From NCBI GenBank assembly GCA_018238155.1, contig JABCTZ010000003.1:32001-96000 (forward strand): a stretch of DNA of 64,000 bases. Direction: 5' to 3'. The notes beneath the pieces were generated by a model that searched no databases, was not told the DNA's origin, and was given only the letters and a program-made list of their open reading frames with translations. Numbering within the stretch: the stretch's first letter is position 1; each line of letters starts with the position of its first letter. A program made the translations under genes and the position numbers. The stretch is from Candidatus Heimdallarchaeota archaeon. Lineage in GTDB: Archaea; Asgardarchaeota; Heimdallarchaeia; JABLTI01. Shown here piece after piece: positions 47,267 through 56,943 of the stretch.

Positions 47267-47821
47267 ATGGGTTATATTGAACGTTCATTCGGTCGCGGAA
47301 ACCTCTGGACCTTATCATTTGGTATAGGCTTCCTAATTTGGGGTATAATTGCAGTAAGATTTCCAAATACTCCTGGAAGTTATTGGATGTTTATTCCAGG
47401 TGGAATACTTCTAATTGTGAGCATTTCTAATATTCTCAGTTATCGCTATAATCGCGAGAAAGTATTGGGTGCATTAAAATCTTACCAGAGAGTGCAGTTG
47501 AATCAGCTTAGTGAAGAATTACGGATGAAAAAACGTGATTTAAAAGAGATGATTGTTGATTTACGAGCAGAAGGAAAACTTAAAGCTTCGTTTGATCCTG
47601 AAAGCGGTGAGGTAGTGGTGTTTGAAGTAAAAGGACAACCACCAATTGGAGTAGCAACTCCACCACCTGTAAATACCAGTAAGAAAATGAGTGAACTTGA
47701 AGGTATAGAGATTACTCCAGTTATGCAGAATATACAAGATCAAGGTTATTGTCCATATTGTGGTTCAAGGGCCACTTCCAAGGATAAATTCTGTGTTACT
47801 TGTGGCTCAGCATTACAATAA
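47267..47821 (+). CDS. Membrane protein with a PCI-like winged helix and C-terminal Zn-ribbon
   Basis: Two TM segments; YQRVQLNQLSEEL...MIVDLRAEGKLKASFDPESGEVVV; CPYCG...FCVTCG. Confidence 0.72.
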   Translation: MGYIERSFGRGNLWTLSFGIGFLIWGIIAVRFPNTPGSYWMFIPGGILLIVSISNILSYRYNREKVLGALKSYQRVQLNQLSEELRMKKRDLKEMIVDLRAEGKLKASFDPESGEVVVFEVKGQPPIGVATPPPVNTSKKMSELEGIEITPVMQNIQDQGYCPYCGSRATSKDKFCVTCGSALQ

Positions 47822-47940
47822 ATGAAAGAAATCTAACAATGGACAAGTCACTTTGCCTTGTCATTTTCTATTTTTAAGCAAGCTTTTTTATTCTGAACAT
47901 CTGCATACAGTACATGATGATAGAATATGCCTTCTAGAGA

Positions 47941-48195
47941 GTTGGTGATAGTTAGAACATTCTTGCGATGATCACCAAAGCAAGGGGAGGCGCACACTGG
48001 ATTCGCACGAGAGCATAGAATTGACTATCGACGATTTTAAACGGCTCTTTTCCTAGCTTATGCATGTTGCTTTGCGATGAGGAAAAAGTCAACCCAAGTC
48101 GCCCACACAATCGAGCTGCTTTCATCCCGAAGAAATGACTACTACTCCCACCTCGAGAGACCACGGTTGAGGAAGAATAATTCTAGTCGGTGATA
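47941..48195 (-). ncRNA. Candidate structured non-coding element of unknown class
   Basis: 112/240 G+C (hand count, 47941-48180) in an AT-rich genome; terminal stem and two long arms that pair better on the minus strand (G-U pairs); no credible ORF. Confidence 0.45.
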
Positions 48196-48552
48196 CAAGT
48201 GTGTTAGTGTGTTGGGGGACATTGTTTCTTCATTAATTATTAAATCAAAAGAATTTATTGATGGAAATAAAATCTCAGGAGAACTTTATACTTTTATTAA
48301 AAAAGAGCCAGAGCCCACAACACCACCTCTAACAGAAATTTCTCTAAACCTGTCTGCGACTTCCACAATAATCTCAATTTGCTATTTGATTTTCTTCTCT
48401 CTAAAAATAAATACTATATATAAAAGAAGAACGTAAGCACACTATATAACAAGTCACCTCTAAAAATTCCTTTAAACACTATATTGTTGAAAGATTAGAA
48501 ACGGTTTTAAAGTAGGTTATTTTATGATTATATAATATCAGAAGATAGTTAG

Positions 48553-49290
48553 TTGATGTTAATGTCTTGGTGGCGCAATTTTAAATTAAGAACAAGAGGC
48601 GGATACAAAAAGATAATGCTTCCATTTGGTCGATTTATTGGGAAAATGGGCATATCTCCAAATGCTATATCAATGATTTCTGCAGTGTTTGCAATTGCAT
48701 CTGCTACTATGTATGCATTCAATGGCAGAGTGGGTACATTCGAGTATTGGTGGGCAATTGGTTTTCCATTAATGTTCATCGCCGGAATGCTCGATGTAGT
48801 AGATGGTTCTGTTGCAAGAGCAATGGGTAAGACAACTAAATTTGGTCAAGTATTAGATCCAGTAATGGATAGATTCGTTGAATTTTGTTACCTGATTGGA
48901 ATTGCTATTGGAATTTATACCTTCGAACCTCTCGAGACTCTTTGGCCAGGAATCGCAACAATTTCAGTAGCAGCATGGTGCTTTTTCTCCTTTGCAGGAA
49001 TGATCTTTGCGAGTTACTCTCGAGCACGAGGCGAAAGTGTTGCCCAGATGAGCGTTGAAAGTGTAGGAATTATGGAGCGCAGAGAAAAGATACTTATTCT
49101 GATGCTTGGTAACATACTTTTCATCTGGTGGCCCGTAGCATTACCCATTGGAATAATATTGGTAGGTTTCTTATCATTTATAACAACCATTCAAAGAATG
49201 TTCTTTATACGCAAACTAATGATTGAAATTGGGAATGAAGTTAAAATACAAGAACCAGAAGAAGATATTGAAAAGGAACCAGAAGAGTAA
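48553..49290 (+). CDS. CDP-alcohol phosphatidyltransferase (archaetidylinositol-phosphate synthase-like)
   Basis: SPNAIS; DVVDGSVARAMGKTTKFGQVLDPVMDR signature; SYSRARGE; GIMERRE. Confidence 0.92.
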   Translation: MMLMSWWRNFKLRTRGGYKKIMLPFGRFIGKMGISPNAISMISAVFAIASATMYAFNGRVGTFEYWWAIGFPLMFIAGMLDVVDGSVARAMGKTTKFGQVLDPVMDRFVEFCYLIGIAIGIYTFEPLETLWPGIATISVAAWCFFSFAGMIFASYSRARGESVAQMSVESVGIMERREKILILMLGNILFIWWPVALPIGIILVGFLSFITTIQRMFFIRKLMIEIGNEVKIQEPEEDIEKEPEE

Positions 49291-49344
49291 AAAATAATCA
49301 CATAGAGAAATGAATAACAGATAGATTTGGAGCGAAGAAGATAA

Positions 49345-49989
49345 ATGTCCTTTATTGTTGAACGATCACATGTAATTTTCAAACATCTCATTCATGTCGG
49401 GCCCGAAGTTGATGTTGAAGCAGTTGCAGATATAGCTACTAGAAGAGATTATACAAAAACCACTAGAACAATAAACACTCCAAGAGGTCCTTTGAAAGAA
49501 TATCTTTTCCGTCCCAAAACAAATCCTCAATCCCTAATTGTCTTTTCTAGAAAAGGATTTGTAATAGATGCTCAACCTGCAGATAACGTTTTAGCTTTGT
49601 TTAGAGATGCATATGATTTTTATGAAAAAGTATTGGGTGATCAAGCATTAACTGCAACAGTTGTTATGGAACTAAATTCAAAGTTTGAAGTCTTTTCTCC
49701 CACGCCTGTCAAAGAACTATTTACCAAATTGTACAGTGAGCAAGCATTCAAATTTAGCTGGAGTGGTAAGGAACTCCGTCCAAGTGGTTTTACCCTTGCA
49801 GCCGGAACAGGAAAATTCCCAGAAGAGTCAGTGCAATTTACCATTCAACCATTTCCTAAAGATCCGGAAAGACGCCTTATTGCAGTTGTAATGTATCGTT
49901 CTACTGAATTGGATGACGCTCTCAAATTCATTGAGACTATTGATGCTGATATAATAAAAATACTAAGTAAAATTTCTAAAGTAAAATAG
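49345..49989 (+). CDS. Hypothetical protein
   Basis: 214-aa ORF in operon context; no recognised motif. Confidence 0.65.
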   Translation: MSFIVERSHVIFKHLIHVGPEVDVEAVADIATRRDYTKTTRTINTPRGPLKEYLFRPKTNPQSLIVFSRKGFVIDAQPADNVLALFRDAYDFYEKVLGDQALTATVVMELNSKFEVFSPTPVKELFTKLYSEQAFKFSWSGKELRPSGFTLAAGTGKFPEESVQFTIQPFPKDPERRLIAVVMYRSTELDDALKFIETIDADIIKILSKISKVK

Positions 49990-50018
49990 TTCATTAATAT
50001 TGCAGGTTATTAATTGCT

Positions 50019-50582
50019 GTGAACAAAGTGAGTGAAGAAAAACCAGATTGGAAGGTCGCTCAAACAAAAGTTGCTGATTTTTTACAACAACATCACTTTG
50101 CAGTAAAACAAGAGGTTTCTTTGAAAAGTGGCAAACGAGTTGATGTTGTAGCCTTGAGAAAGATTTCCGGGCGTATTTTACATGTTCTTGTTGAAGTAAA
50201 GGATTGGAATAAAGTATCTAGAAAACAAGAGGCTGAATTTTGCAAACAAATTATTCGATATATTATTGAATACTCAATAGACGATGCTCGAAAACACTCC
50301 ACAAAAGATAGATGGAATTCTACCGCCAAAAATACGGTTGACCTTTTTTTGGGCATCCTTTGTTTGACTAAAGATGCGCATTTCTCCTATCGGAAAATTT
50401 CTCAACATTTTGTAGCAAAAAATGAAAATATTCTAGGCATTCCTTTCCGAGAACAACTTAGTAATAATATCAAGTTATTCGTAACTCATTTTGATTACTT
50501 GCCAAAAGTGTTCGATGAAATTGGTTTTCCTTTGTATAGAGAATCTCCACTTACAGAATGGATGACTAAAGAGCTAATGTAA
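50019..50582 (+). CDS. PD-(D/E)xK restriction-endonuclease-fold protein
   Basis: QEV...RVDVVAL...LVEVKDW. Confidence 0.6.
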   Translation: MNKVSEEKPDWKVAQTKVADFLQQHHFAVKQEVSLKSGKRVDVVALRKISGRILHVLVEVKDWNKVSRKQEAEFCKQIIRYIIEYSIDDARKHSTKDRWNSTAKNTVDLFLGILCLTKDAHFSYRKISQHFVAKNENILGIPFREQLSNNIKLFVTHFDYLPKVFDEIGFPLYRESPLTEWMTKELM

Positions 50583-50665
50583 GATGCCTGTCTTTGTCAA
50601 ATCACTCCACAATATTGTAATACAAAGATTAAAAACCTTAATCATAGTATTCTCCAAAATAGAAG

Positions 50666-52615
50666 TTGGTTTCAGATAAAATGACTCCCTTAAAAATCCC
50701 CGCTGAAATTATAGACATTTTTCCATATGGTGACATTAGACCCATTCAAGATGAGCTAATCTCCACTATTTATTCTGCTCTGAAAGAAAAGAAAAACGTA
50801 GTAATAGAAGGAGCAAATGGATTAGGCAAAACAGTTGCAGCACTAACAGCGTGCATACCGATTGCACGAGAACGGGATTTGCAAATAATACATGTTTGTA
50901 GAACAAATAAACAAGCAGATCGTGTTATTTCCGAATTGAAGGAGATTGCCAAGAAAACGGATGTGAGTGGTGTTTCAATTCGTGGTAGACGGGAAATGTG
51001 CCCTCATCCCATAATAGAAAAACATGCTGATGATGCTGCTACGGCTTCAGTTTTATGTAACCAATTAAAGAAACTACGAAAATGTGAATACCACAATCGA
51101 ATGGATGAAAAATCACCTAATTTCCGTAATGTTATGAAAATTCTCGAAGAAGTGCCTTCAACAAGTACCGAAATAAATAATCTTTGTAGGGAAAATAGAT
51201 TATGCTCTTATGAACTGATTCTAAAATTAGTTGAAAAAGTTGATGTAGTCGCTGCAAGCTATCAATATCTATTCAACCCACCAATTCGCGATATTTTTCT
51301 AAGCAAAGTAGATCGTGGTATGAGTGAGTTATTACTAATTGTAGACGAATGTCATAATATTATCGATGCCTCTCTAAATATCTCTAGTGATCAACTAAGT
51401 ATTTTCTCACTACGACAAGCATTGAAAGAGATAAAAGCATTTAATCATCCACAGTTTCTAAGACTTGTCAGGGGATTAACATCAGTTCTTGAAGAAGAAC
51501 AAGTACGTTCAGATATTGAGAAAAAAGTTGATGCAAGAGCAATTTTACTTAGTCTTTCTAGAGAAATTGGAACATCCATTGATTTAGACTATGTTGATAA
51601 GTTAATCAGTGCCGGTATGAAAATACAACGTGAGTATTTATCTAGAAATAAACCTCCAAGATCATACATTCATCGTATCGGACAATTTTTGCGTAGATTT
51701 GTATTAACAAAAAGTAGAACGGAATTTCTACATTTAATTACTAGCTATCGAACACGTACGGAAGGTTGGAGCGTTAAATTTGAGGTTGTTTCTCTTGATG
51801 CACGTTTTACTACAAAGCATGTTCTTGAATATGTAGGTAATAGTGTACATATTTCAGGAACAATAGAACCAATTGATTCATATTCAAAAATAGTTGGGCT
51901 AGATAAACTTCCACTAGTCTCCAAAGTTCTTGATTCACCTTATTCAGAAAAAAATGTCCAAGGATATGTTATTGATAGAATTAGTACAAAATTAGCTGAT
52001 CGTACTCCTGAAAATTATAAAAAGATGTGTGAAATTATCGGTGAAGCAGCTAATAATACACCATCTAATTCAGGTATTTTTGCTGCTTCATATGTTGTTA
52101 TGAAAGGATTGTTGGATGCAGGTGTTGAAAGTTATCTTGACAAACCATTCTTTTACGAACAAAGAAAAATGACTTCCTCTGCTAATGATAGATTAATTGA
52201 CGAATACAAAAATCTCTCTACAAGAGGGGGAGCAGTGCTAATGGGTGTTTTAGGTGGAAGAAGCTCAGAAGGAGCTGATTTTCCCGGAAAACAAATGAAT
52301 ACTTGTATGATTGTTGGTATTCCATATGCACGACCGACAACGAGGATAGAATCGCAAATTGGTTATCTGGAAGAGCATTTTCATAGGAAAGGAAGAGAAT
52401 ATGGCTACGTCATCCCAGCGATACGTCGCGCATCTCAAGCTGCTGGTAGACCAATTCGCTCGATAAATGATCGCGGTTTAATACTTTTCTTAGATTATCG
52501 TTTCGGTCAAAGCTATACCGCGCGATTCTTACCTGCATGGTTAAGACAAAATACTCGACCACTACAATATGAACCTGGTCGAATAGCAAAAATTGCTCAA
52601 GAATTCTTCGACTAA
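50666..52615 (+). CDS. xpd: XPD/Rad3-family Fe-S DNA helicase
   Basis: Q motif RPIQ, GANGLGKT, Fe-S cysteines, DECH, SGT, SEGADFPG, QAAGRPIRS, LDYRF. Confidence 0.92.
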   Translation: MVSDKMTPLKIPAEIIDIFPYGDIRPIQDELISTIYSALKEKKNVVIEGANGLGKTVAALTACIPIARERDLQIIHVCRTNKQADRVISELKEIAKKTDVSGVSIRGRREMCPHPIIEKHADDAATASVLCNQLKKLRKCEYHNRMDEKSPNFRNVMKILEEVPSTSTEINNLCRENRLCSYELILKLVEKVDVVAASYQYLFNPPIRDIFLSKVDRGMSELLLIVDECHNIIDASLNISSDQLSIFSLRQALKEIKAFNHPQFLRLVRGLTSVLEEEQVRSDIEKKVDARAILLSLSREIGTSIDLDYVDKLISAGMKIQREYLSRNKPPRSYIHRIGQFLRRFVLTKSRTEFLHLITSYRTRTEGWSVKFEVVSLDARFTTKHVLEYVGNSVHISGTIEPIDSYSKIVGLDKLPLVSKVLDSPYSEKNVQGYVIDRISTKLADRTPENYKKMCEIIGEAANNTPSNSGIFAASYVVMKGLLDAGVESYLDKPFFYEQRKMTSSANDRLIDEYKNLSTRGGAVLMGVLGGRSSEGADFPGKQMNTCMIVGIPYARPTTRIESQIGYLEEHFHRKGREYGYVIPAIRRASQAAGRPIRSINDRGLILFLDYRFGQSYTARFLPAWLRQNTRPLQYEPGRIAKIAQEFFD

Positions 52616-53628
52616 GAAAAGTACTCAAAAATAGTGGGCGCATTCTCAGGGAAGAACTTGAATATTTTCTTTATATCAACTTTACAGCAAATCTTTCCAT
52701 TTGTTCCTTGTACTCCTCCGGGAACTTTGAGTACTCGTCTAATATCTATTGATACCTTTCTATCAATGCGTGGAAAACGATATTTAATAATATGTGTGAA
52801 AATATTATCACGATTTTTTTTACTATCTAAAATGGTGTCATATGTAAAATGAAATGGTCGAGAACTATTCTTGAGATTATAACGCAATCTTTCAATTTGT
52901 TTTCCAGTAAATCTGAATGGCTCTACTCGAAGCTCTTTATCTGTTGCTCGTGTAAAGAAGGACTTAGCAATCATCTCAATAATTCGATCTCGTAAAGGTA
53001 TGACGTTCTTCAAATCTTTCTCAACAGCTTGAGTACGAGTCTCATCTTTAATTAGCGTTAAATATCTAACAATACTGTTTCGCTGTAATTGTGATAATTT
53101 ACCCCCAACTGCATCGCGAACCCAAGCATGAAAACCTCTTCTACCTGAAAAAATCCATACGATGTCCTTGAAACCGAAATCCTCTCGAAGGGATTTGTCA
53201 AGGAAAGCTGCTGCATCTTGAACTAAGGACCAACACTCAGAACAATACTGTTCTTTTCCTTGGCAACCACAAACTCGAACAAGGTCATAATCATTTATAT
53301 CTAAATCAAAACAAAACTCTCGAGATTCCCACAGGATTCTTTGTATGCTAAGCTGTTTTGATGGAGGGGTTTCGTAAACAGCACCAACATAAGAAAGTCT
53401 AATTGGATTTGTAGTCATATATCGAATCAATTCTCTTGTATCTTTGAAAGAGATGTTTCTAACAAAGATATTGCGCTCAAGTAGAAATGCAAACTCTCTT
53501 CGATAAAAAGTAGATAATCCTATTATTGATATTAAATCGCCGGGATCAAAAATCTCTTTGTAATATCTTTGGATAAGCTCTGTAGGAATTTTAGGTTGTT
53601 TTTTATCACTGTTTTTTGTTTTGGTCAT
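52612..53628 (-). CDS. priS: DNA primase small (catalytic) subunit
   Basis: RREFAF, REFCFDLDINDY, CGC...CSECW, FSGRRGFHAW, PRIDRKVS. Confidence 0.95.
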   Translation of the reverse strand: MTKTKNSDKKQPKIPTELIQRYYKEIFDPGDLISIIGLSTFYRREFAFLLERNIFVRNISFKDTRELIRYMTTNPIRLSYVGAVYETPPSKQLSIQRILWESREFCFDLDINDYDLVRVCGCQGKEQYCSECWSLVQDAAAFLDKSLREDFGFKDIVWIFSGRRGFHAWVRDAVGGKLSQLQRNSIVRYLTLIKDETRTQAVEKDLKNVIPLRDRIIEMIAKSFFTRATDKELRVEPFRFTGKQIERLRYNLKNSSRPFHFTYDTILDSKKNRDNIFTHIIKYRFPRIDRKVSIDIRRVLKVPGGVQGTNGKICCKVDIKKIFKFFPENAPTIFEYFS

Positions 53629-53650
53629 TTTTCTACCTCAGAGCTACTAC

Positions 53651-54955
53651 TTATTTCTTGTTACCTTCCTTCTTAGCTTGTTCTGAAAGGTCAATTATTT
53701 TCTTTACTTTTGCTGCCCATGTGGAATAGCTAATTGGATGTACTACAGGACGACAACCTCGGTTATATCTTAAACTAAAAAGTGCAGCACATGCTTCACT
53801 AGGTTTATTGTCAACAACCTTGCTTTCCAAGAGCCGAATTGCGTTCTCTGTTTTATTTGATGGATTCTTAAATTCATTCCGAAGGCGTTTATCGATTACC
53901 TCTACTGCTTGATGCATAAAGGTGCAATAATACTCAAATTGCAATTTATTACATGCAGGAGCATTATAATCTATTTCTCCCCCTTCCATTCCGTACATAT
54001 GTCGTATGATATATCCCGGATTGCCACGTGCAAATTGTTCATACGCCATTCCAGTATTATCAACTGCATTATTATACCAAAAGTGTAACTGTTCGTCCAC
54101 AGACATTCCCAATCGTTTGAGATATAATCCAAGCTGGAATCTTTCAGTGTGGTTCAAATGTCCTTTGCTCATGATAATATTGTATAAATCTAACATACAT
54201 TGAGGAAAGATGTCTTGTCGATTGTATAGATTATAGTCTTCTAGATCGACTTTACCTTTAGCAGAAGCTACTGATTTAATTAATCGCCCTAAATCATCCT
54301 GAACTTTTTTGACTGCTTCCCGTGTCGCCGGATCCAAACGTGTGATAGTTTCTTTTATTCTTCTCCTTAACGTTTCCTCAAAGGCTATTTTCACTCCATT
54401 AGAGAAATCATTTACAGTACTGAGAACCCAACCATCACGTAAAAGAGCAGAACGAATGCTCACAATTTTAGGAACACAAGTGAAATGTAATCCCATAGCA
54501 CCTGTCCGTTTATTTCCCATTTTAAAATCTTTGAAATATTTATTGTCAATCTTGAATCGTGCCCAAAGTTCTCTTGGACCTATAACTTTGTCTTCTCCGA
54601 AGAAATACTTGGCAATGGCAACTTTTTCTTGGATTGTTTTAGCATGGAGATAGCGCCACTCGAAAAGGTCACCCTCTTGCTCAATAAGCCAACCAAAAAT
54701 GCGCGTGTTGTCTGCTGCAGCAAGTCTAAGTAATCCATGACCGGCAAATTCTTCGTAAATTTCTTGCTCGTAGCTTCCTCTGGAAGCACTATGAGAAGGA
54801 TACCAACGGACATCTTGAATAAACTTGTTAACTCGCTCTCGAGCAATTCTGGGCCAGCTTTCCATATCTATCTGAAATTTCTCTCTAGAGATAGAAACTT
54901 CATTTAAACGTTTAATCACAACCCAATCTGGAATCAAGCTGGTCTTCCTCATCAA
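53651..54955 (-). CDS. priL: DNA primase large subunit (4Fe-4S)
   Basis: FPQCM, HLNHTERFQLGLYLK, YIIRHMYG, YNAPAC, HPISY. Confidence 0.92.
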   Translation of the reverse strand: MMRKTSLIPDWVVIKRLNEVSISREKFQIDMESWPRIARERVNKFIQDVRWYPSHSASRGSYEQEIYEEFAGHGLLRLAAADNTRIFGWLIEQEGDLFEWRYLHAKTIQEKVAIAKYFFGEDKVIGPRELWARFKIDNKYFKDFKMGNKRTGAMGLHFTCVPKIVSIRSALLRDGWVLSTVNDFSNGVKIAFEETLRRRIKETITRLDPATREAVKKVQDDLGRLIKSVASAKGKVDLEDYNLYNRQDIFPQCMLDLYNIIMSKGHLNHTERFQLGLYLKRLGMSVDEQLHFWYNNAVDNTGMAYEQFARGNPGYIIRHMYGMEGGEIDYNAPACNKLQFEYYCTFMHQAVEVIDKRLRNEFKNPSNKTENAIRLLESKVVDNKPSEACAALFSLRYNRGCRPVVHPISYSTWAAKVKKIIDLSEQAKKEGNKK

Positions 54956-55017
54956 GAGAATAGAAAAGAATGTTTAATAAGTTAGCTGTCTTTTCTTTTT
55001 TTTATTGAATTAGTATT

Positions 55018-55809
55018 TTGAGTGATAGTATGAATTTTCCAAATCAAATTAAATCCAGATGTACAGAGCTAGAGGAAGAATATGATTTTACTATTCTCTT
55101 TGCTGTAGAAAGCGGCTCAAGATTATGGAGGATGGAAAGTAAAGATAGCGATTATGACGTACATCTTGTTTATTATTATCCAATTGAGAAATATCTCGAA
55201 ATTCAGAAACCTGATGATACTTTTACTTGGATGAGTAATGACAGAGTGCTAGATTTCAATGGATTTGATATTTACAAGTATGCCAAATTGCTGCTAAAAT
55301 CAAATCCTAATATGATAGATTGGACAATGAGTGATATTATCTATTTTGGAGACAAAAGCAAAATCACCGAATTTGTTGATTTCGCAAAAAAACATTACAA
55401 TCCTTTCACATTATATCATTCCTATATTGGCATTTCTAAAAACGCTCTTAAATTAATTAAGAAAGGGAAAAATCATTACAAGAAATATTTCTATGTTCTT
55501 CGCGGCATTTTGAATGCTCAATGGTTATCTGAAATGGAAACCCTACCTCCTTTTCAATTTGAAACTGTTGCAACGGAATTGGATTTGTCTCCTCAAATAA
55601 GAAATAGTATCTTACATTTACTTGAAAAGAAACGAAATGCTTCTGAAAATTCCGAAGTAAAAGAAACCCTTGATATTATTCGTCCATTTGTAGAGGAACG
55701 ACTGGAAAAGATTGAAAGTGAAACGGTGAAACTACTTAGAAGAAAACCTGATGAATGCCATTACAAAGCTTTCAATTCTACTATTCAAAAAATCATCAGT
55801 TACAAATAA
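55018..55809 (+). CDS. DNA polymerase beta superfamily nucleotidyltransferase (YcgL/RlaP-like)
   Basis: FAVESGSRLW...DSDYDV, KSNPNMIDW, KKYFYVLR. Confidence 0.85.
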   Translation: MSDSMNFPNQIKSRCTELEEEYDFTILFAVESGSRLWRMESKDSDYDVHLVYYYPIEKYLEIQKPDDTFTWMSNDRVLDFNGFDIYKYAKLLLKSNPNMIDWTMSDIIYFGDKSKITEFVDFAKKHYNPFTLYHSYIGISKNALKLIKKGKNHYKKYFYVLRGILNAQWLSEMETLPPFQFETVATELDLSPQIRNSILHLLEKKRNASENSEVKETLDIIRPFVEERLEKIESETVKLLRRKPDECHYKAFNSTIQKIISYK

Positions 55810-56000
55810 GACTAATTTAGTCACAGGTTTACGTTACAATACTACATTCCTTACTAATTTCTTTTTTTTTCACTTTCTTCACTTCTGTTGATTCTCACTT
55901 AGCAACCATTTCTTACTATCTTATCTCAATAATCGCCACTTATTCCTATATATAGGAATCAAGTGAGCCTTTATAATAAAAACCACTAAACTAGATTTGG

Positions 56001-56858
56001 TTGATAAGAATGGGATACAAAAAAGTAAAAGAAAATATCTATCTTTATACCGATGAAACATTTCACGATGTAGTTGCCGGAGCAATTGAATTACCAACAA
56101 AACTAGTTATGATTGATACAGGACTAAATCTAATTGAAATCAAAGAATTTAGAGAGTGGGTGGAAAAAACTACTGGAAAGAAATTTGAGATTTTATTTCC
56201 AACACACTTTCACGGTGATCACACATATGGCAATCAAGTCTTTTCTGATTGTCGAATTATCTCTCCAAAAATCCATCTCGAGTATATGAAGATGGTAAAA
56301 GAGCTTCTTACTCCTGAAAATCTTGAAAAAGAACAAAGTCGTTTGAAAGATCCTCGTGCTTTGGAGGGGTTAGAAATTACTCTTCCAACTGAAACTTTTG
56401 AGGGGCAATTTGAAATACAAGATGGCGGTGTAAAAATTGTCATTAAGAATACAGGAGGACACACAATTGATTCCTCATATATCTATTGTCCAAATTACAA
56501 GGTTCTCTTTGCTGGAGATAATCTCTTTGTGAATTCATCTCCCTATGGTGGTCACTCAACTTGTAATCCGGAAACTTGGTTGGAAGTTTATAGAGAATTC
56601 TTAACACTTGATGCTGAAACCATTATCCCTGGTCATGGTCCTGTAGCTGATAAATCATATATTGAAAAAGAAATTTCCTTTATGGAATCTTTCAAAGAAA
56701 CTGCAAAAGAGCTTGCATCAAAAGGAGTTGCAGAAGAAGAAATATTGGAAAGTTGTTATCAGACATTTTTCCCACCAAAAGATTCAGAGGAAGATGATTC
56801 ATTTCAAAGAAACACTGTAAAAAGATGGTATGATGTTTGGATTAAAGGAGCAGAATAA
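56001..56858 (+). CDS. Metallo-beta-lactamase fold hydrolase
   Basis: IDTG, THFHGDH, GGHT, FAGD, IIPGHG. Confidence 0.9.
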   Translation: MIRMGYKKVKENIYLYTDETFHDVVAGAIELPTKLVMIDTGLNLIEIKEFREWVEKTTGKKFEILFPTHFHGDHTYGNQVFSDCRIISPKIHLEYMKMVKELLTPENLEKEQSRLKDPRALEGLEITLPTETFEGQFEIQDGGVKIVIKNTGGHTIDSSYIYCPNYKVLFAGDNLFVNSSPYGGHSTCNPETWLEVYREFLTLDAETIIPGHGPVADKSYIEKEISFMESFKETAKELASKGVAEEEILESCYQTFFPPKDSEEDDSFQRNTVKRWYDVWIKGAE

Positions 56859-56943
56859 TACCTCCTTTTTTCATTTCGCACCCCATATGCAATTTAAACA
56901 TTCAATACGAATAATTTATTATCTTAAATGATTTTTCTATTTA

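Noticed and set aside
47267-47290. MG-starting proteins (MGYIERS here; MGYKKVK at 56010) as substrates of the NMT-like enzyme
   Set aside because: Neither fits the MGxxxS/T consensus, and MG starts are common by chance.
47914-47975. C/D-box sRNA starting at ATGATGA
   Set aside because: No CTGA D or D' boxes at suitable spacing.
48010-48100. RNase P RNA (GAGGAAAAAGTC resembles CR-I; ATAGAATTGACTA resembles CR-V)
   Set aside because: The two motifs occur in the wrong order on the plus strand and the P4 bulged-U geometry does not fit. A circular permutation would be needed and I cannot support one.
48110-48150. SRP RNA helix 8 (minus strand ...AAGCAG)
   Set aside because: No CAGG on the 5' side and no GNRA tetraloop.
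47952-48164. 70-aa minus-strand ORF
   Set aside because: Composition is atypical for this genome and there is no motif; better explained as a chance ORF in a GC-rich structured element.
48209-48436. 75-aa ORF resembling a Pro/Thr linker-TM-basic tail of a surface protein
   Set aside because: Could be a gene remnant, but it is too short and featureless to support.
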